From assembly GCA_002269645.1 (NCBI GenBank), contig NIVC01002098.1:90343-154342 (forward strand): 64,000 nt of DNA, given 5' to 3'. Below the pieces are notes generated by a model. It was not told where the DNA came from. It searched no databases and saw only the letters and a program-made list of their open reading frames with translations. Below, in pieces: positions 24,201 through 35,919 of the stretch. The stretch is from Macrostomum lignano (Eukaryota). The translations under genes were made by a program, and so were the position numbers. Within the stretch, counting starts at the first letter, position 1. Every line of letters begins with the position of its first letter.

Positions 24201-26956
24201 AAAACAAGATAAAAATGAACAGCATAGTTGATCAAGTAGGCTTAGGCTTAACTATCTCCCCAACTGACACCGCGACTTGCCTCTGCCGCTCGTCCGCCAG
24301 AGAGCACTCAAGCGACTGTTTCTGTTCGGTTAGGCACTGGATCTCCTGTGCGGCAGTACTAAAATTAGCATAACTTAACTTTGAAAAAGATAATAGCGAT
24401 GTGAAGTGTACACAATTTACTAAGGTTTTTGGCTGAACTCACTCTGAAGAGGACTGAATCTCGGCCTTAAGGGTAACAATAATTTGATCCTTTCTAAAAA
24501 TGTGTTTTAGTTTGCGGGTGCGAGAAATAACAATAACAGTGAGTGTGGGTGTGAAAGACTGCCGGTGAAAGAGTGACAGTGAGTGTGGGTGTGGAAGACT
24601 GCGGGTGAAAGAGTGACAGTGACTGTGAATGCGAGAGTGAATATACAACACACAGCAGGAGCAGAAATACACCGCCATAGCTCACTCAATCAGTTTTTCA
24701 TTCAACTCGGCCAAAGCGGCTGCGGCAGCTTTAGATTCATCATCCGCCTTATCCTGTTTATCAGTAGCGTCCAGCTTCACTCCCGTCCTGATGAAGTCAC
24801 TAGTCAGATCGGGCGGTATCTCAATGTCAGCGAAACTTGCCAACCCGTTGCTGGTAGCAGCGGCTGACTCGGCAGTGTTGGACTAGGAGATATTGCAGGG
24901 AAGGCCGGCCAGTTACTATAGTTACTACATGTATATGCCTGGCATTACTGAATAGTCAATAGTCTAGGTCTGAAGGCTAATTTAACCCATCGGCTGTCTT
25001 TAAAGAGTTAAGTGTAGTGACACTGTAGTGTCAGTGTCACTGTAGTGTCACACGCTGTGATCTCTATCTTCTCTCTCTCTCTGCCCTGACGAAGAGTAAG
25101 TAACTGGAAATATCGAGAACTGTAACTTTATAGACTTTTATTAGTCTTTTTACCGTGTCAGAGTCTAAGATTGGAGGTGCCCTCCTCCCCCCTCTCTCTA
25201 ACTTGCTTTCCCTTTTTCTGTCAATGCCTATGTCTATGGGCAAGACCAAATCTACTGCCAGCAAATGGGAAGTCTCAACTTGGCTGACAAAAGCAATACT
25301 TGAAAACACATGGATTGCTAATCTGAGCATGCTATTGCCATACACAAAATACCTCAGCCAAGTCCTGAACCTGCTGCAGCAGCTCCGCTCTAAGCTGCTC
25401 AATAGTGTCGCACAATGCGCGCTCCTTCTGGCTGAATTCTTCTACTAAGACTTGCTTCTCTTGGCTGGCCGCTGTCAGTTGCTCGTCAAGCTGCTGAGCC
25501 ACTGGATAAAAATCAACCAAGAAGCAATATAAATAAACAATAAACAATTGGACAATATAAATAAAAAAGTTTCAAAAAAGCAACAAATGACAGACTTAAT
25601 AAAAGACTTACTCAGAGTTTTACTTTCATTAGAAGCCATCAATTGCTGTTCAAGCAAGAATATCTCCTCTGAGGCCTGGGGTAGGTTTTATTAATTATAA
25701 AATTGAGTTCACAAATTATATCACATTAATGTAGTTGTCAGCAAGGCACTCACGTGACTGTTGTTGGCCGCAGCGGATCCCGCGCTGGCCAGCCGCTGGT
25801 TGAGCTCCGCATTCTCCAATCGCAACTGTTGGACAGTCTTAACTAGTTCGGCCACGCTCTCTGCTTTGTTGGTCTGCTGCTGGTTCAGTGTGCGGTCGAA
25901 CCTGCATTAGCGTCAGAAGCATTGATTCGTTGGTGAAATAGGTAAGCCTCTTCTGTGTGTAAATGTTGAAATCCACTGTTTTTAACTCCTACCCCCAGCG
26001 ACACTAACCTCACACCCCACTGTTATATTCCTACCCCCTGCGACACACCTCACGCCCCAGTGTCCTTTCCTATCCTTTGCGAGACACCCACCTCACGCCC
26101 ACTGTTATATTCCTACCCCCTGCGAGGCACCTCACGCCCCAGTGTTCTTTCCTATCCTTTGCGAGACACCCACCTCACGCCCCAGTGTTATATTCTTACC
26201 CCCTGCGAGACACCCACCTCACGCCCCAGTGTTATATTCCTACCCCCTGCGAGACACCCACCTCACGCCCCAGTGTTATATTCCTACCCCCTGCGAGACA
26301 CCCACCTCACGCCCCAGTGTTATATTCCTACCCCCTGCGAGACACACACCTCACGCCCCAGTGTTATATTCCTACCCCCTGCGAGACACCCACCTCACGC
26401 CCCAGTGTTATATTCCTACCCCCTGCGAGACACCCACCTCACGCCCCAGTGTTATATTCCTACCCCCTGCGAGACACCCACCTCACGCCCCAGTGTTATA
26501 TTCCTACCCCCTGCGAGGCACTCACCTCACGCCCCCAGTGTTATATTCCTACACCCCTGCGAGGCACCGCCACGCTTTATTATTGAATTCAACAGACATT
26601 TTTAGCCTTAGACAGAATGCAAAAGCTACAAAAGCTTCTACTAACATAACGTTAGCCTCGGCAGTGACCAACGCCGGCACAGAATTTCCAATTGCAGCAG
26701 TTGAAGGCGAAGCGGTAACGGCTGGCTGTTCCGGCTCGCCAGCCGAATGCGCGGCGGCAAAGTGATGTGTGAGAGCCTCGGCCGTGCCGAACTTAATTAT
26801 ACAGGTGGGACAGACAAATCCTTCAACCTGCGACGACACGGTGCTGGGCCCCGAGGAGTTGCCGGAGGCCCTCTGCGCGCCAGCATCGTTGCCGGCGGAA
26901 CTGCCACTTCCGGCCTGCGATTTAGGCTTGGCCTTTTTTAACAAGTTGGACAGCAT
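12241..26956 (-). CDS. EEA1: Early endosome antigen 1 orthologue: N-terminal C2H2 finger, long coiled coil over more than 20 exons, C-terminal FYVE
   Basis: Exon 1 (26646-26956) [12 protein letters not shown]...[26 protein letters not shown] resembles the EEA1 Rab5-binding finger (EGFICPQC...H...H). C-terminus [14 protein letters not shown]...[23 protein letters not shown]|[15 protein letters not shown]...PVRVCARC (exons 12672-~12950 and 12241-12399) has the WxxD, RRHHCR and RVC FYVE motifs. Heptad exons include 25754-25901, 16910-17534 and 13967-15262. Confidence 0.9.
13029..13156. repeat. 39-bp intronic tandem repeat (~3.3 copies)
   Basis: cagctcagagctgctgcccaatcacagcagggcgaactg. Confidence 0.9.
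13715..13915. repeat. 42-bp intronic tandem repeat containing TGACCAATCAG
   Basis: Period 42 (13757 to 13799). Confidence 0.9.
13967..15262 (-). CDS. EEA1: 1296-bp EEA1 exon with in-frame 63-bp (21-aa) tandem repeats
   Basis: Acceptor ttccgcag|gca and donor cag|gtgagt; 7x [21 protein letters not shown]-type and 6x [21 protein letters not shown]-type units. Confidence 0.9.
16086..16272. repeat. 23/19-bp intronic repeat gagtctcact(atat)gagatcctt
   Basis: Direct reading; internal tctca/tgaga hairpin. Confidence 0.9.
17625..17935. repeat. 23-bp intronic repeat taagacaatgggattcggggatc
   Basis: Direct reading. Confidence 0.9.
18340..18560. repeat. ~29-bp intronic repeat agaatcccatctggg(g)gattataggg
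   Basis: Direct reading; aatccc/gggatt hairpin in each unit. Confidence 0.9.
19440..20290. repeat. 42-bp C-free polypurine repeat (~18 copies) in an EEA1 intron
   Basis: gagaggtagatggagagataggaggagaggtagagggagggt; the 14-aa periodic ORFs confirm period 42. Confidence 0.95.
20958..22720. repeat. 27/25-bp intronic minisatellite gtggcgctaaaactRgtRtcttc(ac)aa with a 605-bp higher-order duplication
   Basis: Near-identical ORF pairs offset by 605 bp (21317/21922, 21477/22082). Confidence 0.95.
23350..24070. repeat. 31-bp intronic minisatellite aattagatcacaggtaggatatacttggaga
   Basis: Direct reading. Confidence 0.9.
25995..26566. repeat. 44-bp minisatellite in EEA1 intron 1
   Basis: cacccacctcacgccccagtgttatattcctaccccctgcgaga. 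Confidence 0.95.
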
Positions 26957-27132
26957 TTCCGGCGGCAATGGTGCGAGTTCGGGTGGGGAATTGGGCGAGC
27001 CAGAGTTAGAGTGCGAGTGGCATGCATTGAATAAATGGAGAAAACAAAAGTTTTGCTTATTCAAATAGCTATTTACTGAAAAGCCTATTTGTTACGGTTG
27101 AAGGGATTGATGCAAGGCTTATCACACCTGGG

Positions 27133-27681
27133 TGCTAGATGGGACAGGAGTGCTAGATGAGGAAGCTCAATAGGGGTGCTATATGAGGGAGGACAGGGGT
27201 GCTAGATGGGGACAGGGGGTGCTAGTTGGGGACAGGGGGTGCTAGTTGAGGACAGGGGGTGCTAGATGAGGACAGGGGGTGCTAGTTGGGGACAGGGGGT
27301 GCTAGATGGGGACAGGGGGTGCTAGATGGGGACAGGGGGTGCTAGATGGGGACAGGGTGCTAGATGGGGACAGGGTGCTAGATGGGGACAGGGGGTGCTA
27401 GATGGGGACAGAGGTGCTAGATGGGGACAGGGGTGCTAGTTGGGGACAGGGGGTGCTAGTTGAGGACAGGGGGTGCTAGATGAGGACAGGGGGTGCTAGT
27501 TGGGGACAGGGGGTGCTAGATGGGGACAGGGGGTGCTAGATGGGGACAGGGGGTGCTAGATGGGGACAGGGTGCTAGATGGGGACAGGGTGCTAGATGGG
27601 GACAGGGGGTGCTAGATGGGGACAGAGGTGCTAGATGGGGACAGGGGTGCTAGGGTGCTAGATGGGGACAGGGGTGCTAGA
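27133..27681. repeat. ~18-20-bp G-rich repeat ggggacagggggtgctagat upstream of EEA1
   Basis: Direct reading. Confidence 0.9.
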
Positions 27682-28543
27682 GTGCTAGGTAAAATTTGAG
27701 TTTCCAAGTTCAGCGAAGGTCAGTGAGAAGTTCAGCCTGGTTAGTTTTATGGCTAAAGCCCACACCATAGCATTCTGAATAGCAAAATGCACAAATAAGC
27801 ATTGGCAAGAAAGTACATTTAGGCTACAATATAGTTCCGGATAACTCGGATTTATTTGCAAGACCTTGCTGCACATTTTATTACAACAATGAAACGCTAC
27901 GGTTCTGATAAGAACAAGGACTGTCCATCGATAAGGATTAGAGGTTCTGCGCTAGAATTACAATTCCATAAAGTTTAACAGCCTAAGTACAAGACAGCTG
28001 ATTGCGTAATCAATTAGCAATTCTTACTCCACTACAGAGCACGAAAAGGAACTACTCAAATAGCAGAGCAAACAATAATTCCAATTCCCACTCGCAGTCC
28101 ATTTTTGACAGCAATATTGTTTTTGAGCATAGAAAACTTTACATTAAACAGATTTCTATTTGCAACAAAATTTTATAACCAACAACTTTCCAACGTTTTC
28201 CAACAACCCAAAGTGTCCTGACCTATTTTAAGTGGTTGCTTGATTTAATATTTTGTATGAAAGCAGATATTTGCACTCATATTGCTCAAACATACAGCGA
28301 AATTAACAGAAAAAATAAAATGAGAGACAGACAGGCGGAATGAGCTGGAAGTTCTGCGCGTTCCACTGCTCACCTGGGAGACCTTTATATTCAACAAAAA
28401 CGCTAGCGATATGTTTTGCAGTGATAACAGCGGGACTCGCATTGCAACAATAGCCTATTCAACTAATAACTTTATAAAGCATACAACGCGTAAAGTTACA
28501 GGCCAACGCCAAGTTTCTAAATCTGGCATTTCAAGTTTTCAAC

Positions 28544-29010
28544 TGATCAGGACAGGGATTGGAGATGCTGATCAGGACAGGGATTGGAGATGCTGATCAG
28601 GACAGGGATTGGAGATGCTGATCAGGACAGGGATTGGAGATGCTGATCAGGACAGGGATTGGAGATGCTGATCAGGACAGGGATTGGAGATGCTGATCAG
28701 GACAGGGATTGGAGATGCTGATCAGGACAGGGATTGGAGATGCTGATCAGGACAGGGATTGGAGATGCTGATCAGGACAGGGATTGGAGATGCTGATCAG
28801 GACAGGGATTGGAGATGCTGATCAGGACAGGGATTGGAGATGCTGATCAGGACAGGGATTGGAGATGCTGATCAGGACAGGGATTGGAGATGCTGATCAG
28901 GACAGGGATCAGAGATGCTGATCAGGACAGGGATTGGAGATGCTGATCAGGACAGGGATTGGAGATGCTGATCAGGACAGGGATTGGAGATGCTGATCAG
29001 AACAGGGATT
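28544..29010. repeat. 25-bp near-perfect repeat gctgatcaggacagggattggagat
   Basis: Period 25, ~18 copies. Confidence 0.95.
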
Positions 29011-29763
29011 GGGGCTGCATACGGACCAAAGGGTTGACAGCGCATTAAATAATTAAGTCAGCACAGCAGCAAGCAAACATAAAGCGCAAAAGCAATATTT
29101 AGCAAAACATCATGGAATAACACAGTTAAGATTGGTGTGTGCAAACATACTCATTTGTAACTAATAGAGTACGGATTGATGATGAGTTCCAGTTGACTGC
29201 GCACGCGCACAGTCGGACAACAAAATCTAACAATACTACTAGTAGTAGTACAATAGAAAAAGCGATTTCAGAAAGCCACAATTTCCTAGGCTTCCAGCAA
29301 ACAAGTGAGCCCTAGATAACAAAGGACAAAATGAAGAATGTTTAGATTGTTACATTATCAAGGGCAGCAATTGGTGTAGATCAATATGCATAAACATATT
29401 ATCATTATTAAATATTTATTTATTTCTGAGTAAAATAATACAATAAATAAAAATAAAATACGCAGATACACAAAACTAAAAAAACAACGCACAAGAACTA
29501 AACGAACAAATAAAAGAATGCATTAACTGCACACTGGGCAATCCAGGGCTCACGCACTATAGATATAGAATACGGGTTTATATTTTTCCAAATACGATAT
29601 ACGCTCTATATTTATGTACTCGTAGGGGAGCGAAAAAAACAGTGACCGTTAAATTAACAAAGCTGGTGTGATCTTGATACTGGGCTGCATTGATTTTTTT
29701 CTGTCTCACTGAAGGACACGCTGAAGAGAGAGAAAGACAGAATTCCAGTTGGGAAGTGAGGAC

Positions 29764-30385
29764 GGGATATAATCCCACTGAGGAACTGGATTGGGATATA
29801 ATCCCACTGAGGAACTAGAAGGGGATATAATCCCACTGAGGAACTAGAAGGGGATATAATCCCACTGAGGAACTGGATTGGGATATAATCCCACTGAGGA
29901 ACTAGAAGGGGATATAATCCCACTGAGGAACTAGAAGGGGATATAATCCCACTGAGGAACTGGATTGGGATATAATCCCACTGAGGAACTGGATTGTGAT
30001 ATAATCCCACTGAGGAACTGGATTGGGATATAATCCCACTGAGGAACTGGATTGGGATATAATCCCACTGAGGAACTAGAAGGGGGTAGAATCCCACTGA
30101 GGAACTAGAAGGGGATATAATCCCACTGAGGAACTAGAAGGGGATATAATCCCACTGAGGAACTGGATTGTGATATAATCCCACTGAGGAACTAGAAGGG
30201 GATATAATCCCACTGAGGAACTAGAAGGGGTAGAATCCCACTGAGGAACTAGAAGGGGATATAATCCCACTGAGGAACTAGAAGGGGATATAATCCCACT
30301 GAGGAACTAGGAGCGATGGAATCTTACGGAGGGACTAAAAGAGGATAGAATCCCACTGAGGAACTGGAAAGGGGATAGAATCCCA
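29764..30385. repeat. 29-bp repeat gggatataatcccactgaggaact(ggatt/agaag), two interspersed unit types
   Basis: Period 29. Confidence 0.95.
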
Positions 30386-30540
30386 TTAAAGGTATCTGTG
30401 GAAGTGTCAGAAAAAATACACATAAGGAGACTTAAGGACATTTTTACATTTAAAAACGACATGTAACAATTTAAAAAAAACGCACAGTTAAAAATCGATG
30501 CAAAGTTTAAAAAATATACAGCTAATGAGCTTAGGGAACA

Positions 30541-31899
30541 TCAAAGGTCATTGTTTATTTCAACATCGCCGCCGCCCTCGCTTCGATGAATCTTGGCGTG
30601 CTTGGCAAGACCTGAACAGTCGTAGAAGGCTTTGCCGCAGTCGCTGCACTCGAAAGGCCGTTCGCCAGTGTGCAGGCGCATATGCATGCGCAGGTAGTCT
30701 TTGCGAACGAATCGTTTAGCGCATACTAAGCAGACGTGCGGCTTCTTGCCCGTATGGTTGCGCATGTGACGCGCCAGGGCCGAGTTGTAGGAGAATCGCT
30801 GGCCGCAGCGGTTGCAGGAGAATGGCTTGACGCCGACGCCGCTGCTGGTGCCGATGCTCAAGCCGCTGACAGAGTTGGCTGCCAAGGACTGAGCGAGTCG
30901 CCGCTGGCGCTGCAGCGGATCCAACGGACGAGAAAGTGGCGGAGGTGGAGGCCGCGGCGGTGGCGACGGCGGCGGAGGAGGTGACGGTGGCGACAGAGGC
31001 GGCAACAGAAGCTGCTGCGGAGGCGGAGGCGGTGACGGGGGAAGCTCGGGAGGCGGATGGGCGACAGCGGCGTGCCTGGCCAGGGAGGCCTCGTCGCGGA
31101 ATCGCTTGCCACAATTTGGACAGGGCAGAAATCTTGGCGGCGGCAATGCCGAAGCGAGCGCATGCTGGCGCTGATGCTGCTGCTGCTGCCCCAGGCTGCC
31201 TCCAGCGGCTGCCGAGGAGTGCTTCTTCTGGTGCGCTTTCAGGTGTTCGCGGCGAGGAAAGCGCCGATCGCACAGGCTGCAGGCGTAAGGCATTTCGCCC
31301 GTGTGACTGCGCCGATGCCGGACCAGGCTGGACCTGGCCGTGAAGGTTTTGCCGCACTCGTTGCAGGTCAGGTGCTGCTGGCGCCGGCGCCCGAGGATGA
31401 CAGCGCGCGGAGACTGCGGCATTTGCAACGGAGGCGGCGGCGGCGGAGGCGGTGATGGCGGTGGCATTGGCTGATGCTGCCGCGACAGTGACGGCGGCCG
31501 CTGGCCCTCTAGAAGCGGAGGCGGAGAAAGCGAAGGCTGCGGAGGCGGCGGCGGTGAAGCCGGACAATGCAGAGTCGACTGTTGCTGCTGCTGCTGCTGC
31601 TGTTGTTTTCGTTGTTGTTGTTGCTGTTGCTGCTGCAAGAGGCTGTCGTCTCCGTTGACGGCGAGCAGCTGGACCTCCAGCTCGGCCGCGGAGTCGGCGC
31701 ACATCTCTAGGAAGCCCAGTCTGAGGCAGGGATCGTCGTCAAAGTCGCTGTTAGCCCAGGTGTTCCAGCACCCGATGCCCCAGGCAACGGAGACGTCGCC
31801 GTTGCCATCGCTGTCGCCGTTGCTATTAGCTGAATTGCCGTTGCCATGGTGACCGTTGACGGCCGGCAGTGGCGGCAACGATGGTTCGGTCTGGAACAT
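30541..31899 (-). CDS. C2H2 (Kruppel-type) zinc-finger transcription factor, 6 fingers, poly-Q/poly-P tracts, single coding exon
   Basis: CNECGKTF...HRRSH-TGEMPY-CSLC...H; CPNCGKRF...H; CNRC...H-TGKKPH-CLVC...H-TGERPF-CSDC...H. Confidence 0.9.
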   Translation of the reverse strand: MFQTEPSLPPLPAVNGHHGNGNSANSNGDSDGNGDVSVAWGIGCWNTWANSDFDDDPCLRLGFLEMCADSAAELEVQLLAVNGDDSLLQQQQQQQQRKQQQQQQQQQSTLHCPASPPPPPQPSLSPPPLLEGQRPPSLSRQHQPMPPPSPPPPPPPPLQMPQSPRAVILGRRRQQHLTCNECGKTFTARSSLVRHRRSHTGEMPYACSLCDRRFPRREHLKAHQKKHSSAAAGGSLGQQQQHQRQHALASALPPPRFLPCPNCGKRFRDEASLARHAAVAHPPPELPPSPPPPPQQLLLPPLSPPSPPPPPSPPPRPPPPPLSRPLDPLQRQRRLAQSLAANSVSGLSIGTSSGVGVKPFSCNRCGQRFSYNSALARHMRNHTGKKPHVCLVCAKRFVRKDYLRMHMRLHTGERPFECSDCGKAFYDCSGLAKHAKIHRSEGGGDVEINNDL

Positions 31900-32002
31900 G
31901 TGGGTTGATATTTGTAAAAATAGAACACCATCTACGTATCTTTATACGGCAGGGAAAATTATTTAAAATTAGTTTGTAAAAATGGATTCTATAGGAATTC
32001 AC

Positions 32003-33150
32003 AGACATACCAGACACTGCAGGCACACCGTAAGACAGACATAACAGACACTGCAGGCACACCGTAAGACAGACATACCAGACACTGCAGGCACACCGTA
32101 AGACAGACATACCAGACACTGCAGGCACACCGTAAGACAGACATACCAGACACTGCAGGCACACCGTAAGACAGACATACCAGACACTGCAGGCACACCG
32201 TAAGACAGACATATCAGACACTGTAGGCACACCGTAAGACAGACATATCAGACACTGCAGGCACACCGTAAGACAGACATACCAGACACTGCAGGCACAC
32301 CGTAAGACAGACATACCAGACACTGCAGGCACACCGTAAGACAGACATATCAGACACTGTAGGCACACCGTAAGACAGACATATCAGACACTGCAGGCAC
32401 ACCGTAAGACAGACATACCAGACACTGCAGGCACACCGTAAGACAGACATACCAGACACTGCAGGCACACCGTAAGACAGACATATCAGACACTGCAGGC
32501 ACACCGTAAGACAGACATACCAGACACTGCAGGCACACCGTAAGACAGACATACCAGACACCGCAGGCACACCGTAAGACAGACATACCAGACACTGCAG
32601 GCACACCGTAAGACAGACATACCAGACACTGCAGGCACACCGTAAGACAGACATATCAGACACTGTAGGCACACCGTAAGACAGACATATCAGACACTGC
32701 AGGCACACCGTAAGACAGACATACCAGACACTGCAGGCACACCGTAAGACAGACATACCAGACACTGCAGGCACACCGTAAGACAGACATATCAGACACT
32801 GTAGGCACACCGGAAGACAGACATATCAGACACTGCAGGCACACCGTAAGACAGACATACCAGACACTGCAGGCACACCGTAAGACAGACATACCAGACA
32901 CTGCAGGCACACCGTAAGACAGACATATCAGACACTGCAGGCACACCGTAAGACAGACATACCAGACACTGCAGGCACACCGTAAGACAGACATACCAGA
33001 CACCGCAGGCACACCGTAAGACAGACATACCAGACACTGCAGGCACACCGTAAGACAGACATATCAGACACTGCAGGCACACCGTAAGACAGATATATCA
33101 GACACTGCAGGCACACCGTAAGACAGACATATCAGACACTGCAGGCACAC
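32003..33150. repeat. 34-bp minisatellite cagacataYcagacactgYaggcacaccgtaaga with a 442-bp (13-unit) higher-order repeat
   Basis: ORF pairs offset by 442 (32214/32656, 32350/32792, 32486/32928). Confidence 0.95.
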
Positions 33151-33398
33151 TGTAAAGACAGAAAGCACCATAAAGCATACAACAGTAAAACACACAGATA
33201 CAGACGCAAGGCAGACAAAACAGAGAGTGGGTTTTATTAAAGACTAACTGTAATAATCGCAGTAAAAAAATAAGCTGAAACACAGCACTTCCCAAGAGAT
33301 TGTAAATCTGCATTTGATTAATTAAAGTAAACCTCGTGGACAGTGCACGATACAAGCTTGAACACAATGAAATGCCAGGATAAGAACGCTATAAAAAG

Positions 33399-35890
33399 CT
33401 ATCTAACAAAGTCCAGCACTAATTCCACGTGGCGGCAATTCGGGAACAGATCGATAGGCTGGCAGCTGGCCAATCGGAATGGCCGGCCCGAGCCTTCAGG
33501 CATCAGCAGGCGGAGGAAATTGTCGGTCGGCTGGCCCTCCGGCCGGCAGGAGATGTACACTATTCGGTCAACGGTCGGGCAGGCTCGGATTGCGGACACC
33601 GAGGCGTCATCAAGGCCGTCGCGGGCCGGGTTCAGCACGCAGCAGACGCTGTCAGCAGAGAAGCAGCTGTCAATAGCTGACAGGCGATTAGCAAAGAAGG
33701 TGGCAGCGTCCTCGCAGTGATATTGAAATGCGTTGCTAGGCAACCCGTTTAGCCTGGCGTTGTCAAGAGCGTCACGCACGGCGGACTGGTTGGAGTCGAA
33801 GCCGATTAGCTGGTCGAATTGCCGACTGTCGAACAGCACCTGGCCGACGACGCCAGTGCCGCAGAAGGCGTCTATAAGCAGACGGCGGCGTGGCGGCGAT
33901 GACGGGGGCAGCTCCGCAGCCAGCAGCTGGCGCAGGTAGCCGTACAGGGTCTCAGCAGCTACCGTGTTGTTCTGAAAAAACGAATGCGGCCGAACTTTGA
34001 AGCGCCGGTCCAGCAGGCGCTGGTGCAGCGAGTCGCGGCCGAATAGGTGTCGCGGCTCCACAGGCTGGAAGCAGTTACTGCTGGCCTGGCTGTAGCCAGA
34101 CACCAGGTTGAGGCCGGAGCGGAGCACCGCCGGGAAGAACTGGCGAGTCTGCAAATTAACACGTTGACATGCTAGACTAGAAGCTTTACAGGCTTGAATC
34201 GCTATTGAGAGAGACTTTCCGATAGGACATAATAAAAACGGCATTGAAATTGGCTCCAAATTTATTGTTAATTAGCAAATTTTCATGCACGGAAAGCTTA
34301 TTACCGTTTTCCTTAGTTCCAGTCTAGGCATCAAGATAGGGTCTGTAGCTAGACAGGGCATAGCTATCGGGAGGTAAGACCATAAGGAGGCCATGACCCC
34401 CCAATCGTCTGGAAAAGTAATTGACGCCCCTTTGTACTCCTTTGGCGCTCCTAGTGCTGGTGTCCCTGATGCTGGTGTCCCCTGGTGCTGGTGTCTCTGA
34501 TGCTGGTGTCCCTGATGCTGGTGTCCCCTGGCGCTGGTGTCCCCTGATGCTGGTGTCCCCTGGTGCTGGTGTCTCTGATGCTGGTGTCCCTGATGCTGGT
34601 GTCCCCTGGTGCTGGTGTCTCTGATGCTGGTGTCCCTGATGCTGGTGTCCCCTGGCGCTGGTGTCCCCTGATGCTGGTGCTCCTGGTGCTGGCGCCCCTG
34701 GTGATGGCGCCCCTGGTGCTGGTGTCTCCTGGTGCTGGTGTCTCCTGGCGCTGGTGTCCCCTGGTGCTGGCGCCCCTGGTGCTGGCGCCCCTGGTGCTGG
34801 CGCCCCTGGTGCTGGCGCCCCTGGTGATGGCGCCCCTGGTGCTGGCGCCCCTGGTGATGGCTCTGGTGCTGGTGTCTCCTGGTGCTGGTGTCCCCTGGTG
34901 CTGGCGCCCCTGGTGATGGCTCTGGTGCTGGTGTCTCCTGGTGCTGGCGCCCCTGGTGCTGGCGCCCCGTAAAATAAATTTCCCGCCACAAATTAACACT
35001 AGAGCTTCACCAAGTTAAGCAGAGTTGGTCTCGGTTAGTATGCACTTGAGTAGGTTTCTTGTGTTACTCCCCAATAAACGAGTGGCACATTAAACGGAGC
35101 TCAAGTCCACCCTGCTGGGATGGGGTATAGCAGCTCTGAGCTGACGTAGGCACACTGGGTGGCAGTTGTAGCCCCAACAGACATTTCTACCAACCGCACT
35201 AACCAGCTCAGACAGTAGCCGAGCCTCGGCCCCAGCTGGCAGCTGTGCGTGGTAGCAAACCTCCAGCATCAGCTCGTCATCGTGATTAGTCCTGGCAACC
35301 AGGCCGGCCCAGGCCCCGTCTGGTTTCCTATGCTTATCGTAGGGATCGAATTGACTCTGGCCGCTGCGCAGGAAATCGGTGAATAATTGAAATACTCTGG
35401 CGTGAATCGGGCAGGTGCTAGCCAGGTGTTCAACGCTGAATCCGACTCGGCGGTGCGGGAAGCCGGGCTCGAACATTCGCACCTGCATGCTGTGACCAAC
35501 CAGCGGCCAGCCGTCCGGGTCGAACAGCACCGACGCGCTGTTCCGGTTGCGGCGCCACCAACCCCGGCCAGGCGGGTGCAGCACCGGTGGCACCGGGCAC
35601 AGGGCTTCAGCTCGGCTGCCACCCTCGGCCTCGCCGCTGCGTAGGCAATTGGTTAAACGGCCTATTAGGGCCGCTACTCGGCGATGCTTGAGCTCAAGTT
35701 GAGCAGTGTAGGGCAGCGGCTGCAACGGCTGCACGTGCTGTCGGATTCGATCGTGAGGCCTGGCCACCCTGGACAGGACCGGGGAGGCGCGGAACGGCCG
35801 GCGCAGACAGCCGGCAGATGCGGGCACCGCGGCATCCAGACAGGCCGCCACTGCGCTACCTGCGACTGATGCTGTTGCTGCCGCTGCCGA
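33399..35890 (-). CDS. TRMT2B: tRNA/rRNA (uracil-5)-methyltransferase, TRMT2B-like (probably mitochondrial); exons 35195-35890 and 33399-34148; initiator codon not in these exons
   Basis: FFQNN, SAM motif LIDAFCGTG, NPARDGL (NPAR is the TRMT2B form versus DPPR in TRMT2A/TrmA, from memory), catalytic YISC, DLFP..RHVELVL. The R/S/A-rich N-terminus resembles a targeting peptide. The donor at 35194 (gcg|gttggt) is inferred from phase. Confidence 0.85.
34452..34968. repeat. GC-rich 15-18-bp intronic repeat (ctggtgctggcgcccc / ctgatgctggtgtccc)
   Basis: Lies between the two TRMT2B exons. Confidence 0.85.
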
Positions 35891-35919
35891 CTGGAGGTAC
35901 GAAAATAAGTTGTTAGATA

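Noticed and set aside
31826-33116. Cys-rich ORFs (CLQCLVCLSYGVP...) resembling metallothionein or keratin-associated proteins
   Set aside because: Frame-rotating translation of the 34-bp repeat; no unique start or splice support.
34272-34999. Collagen-like/His-Gln ORFs (GAPAPGAPAP, HQHQG)
   Set aside because: They are open in several frames on both strands because of a 15-18-bp repeat, and they lie inside the TRMT2B intron.
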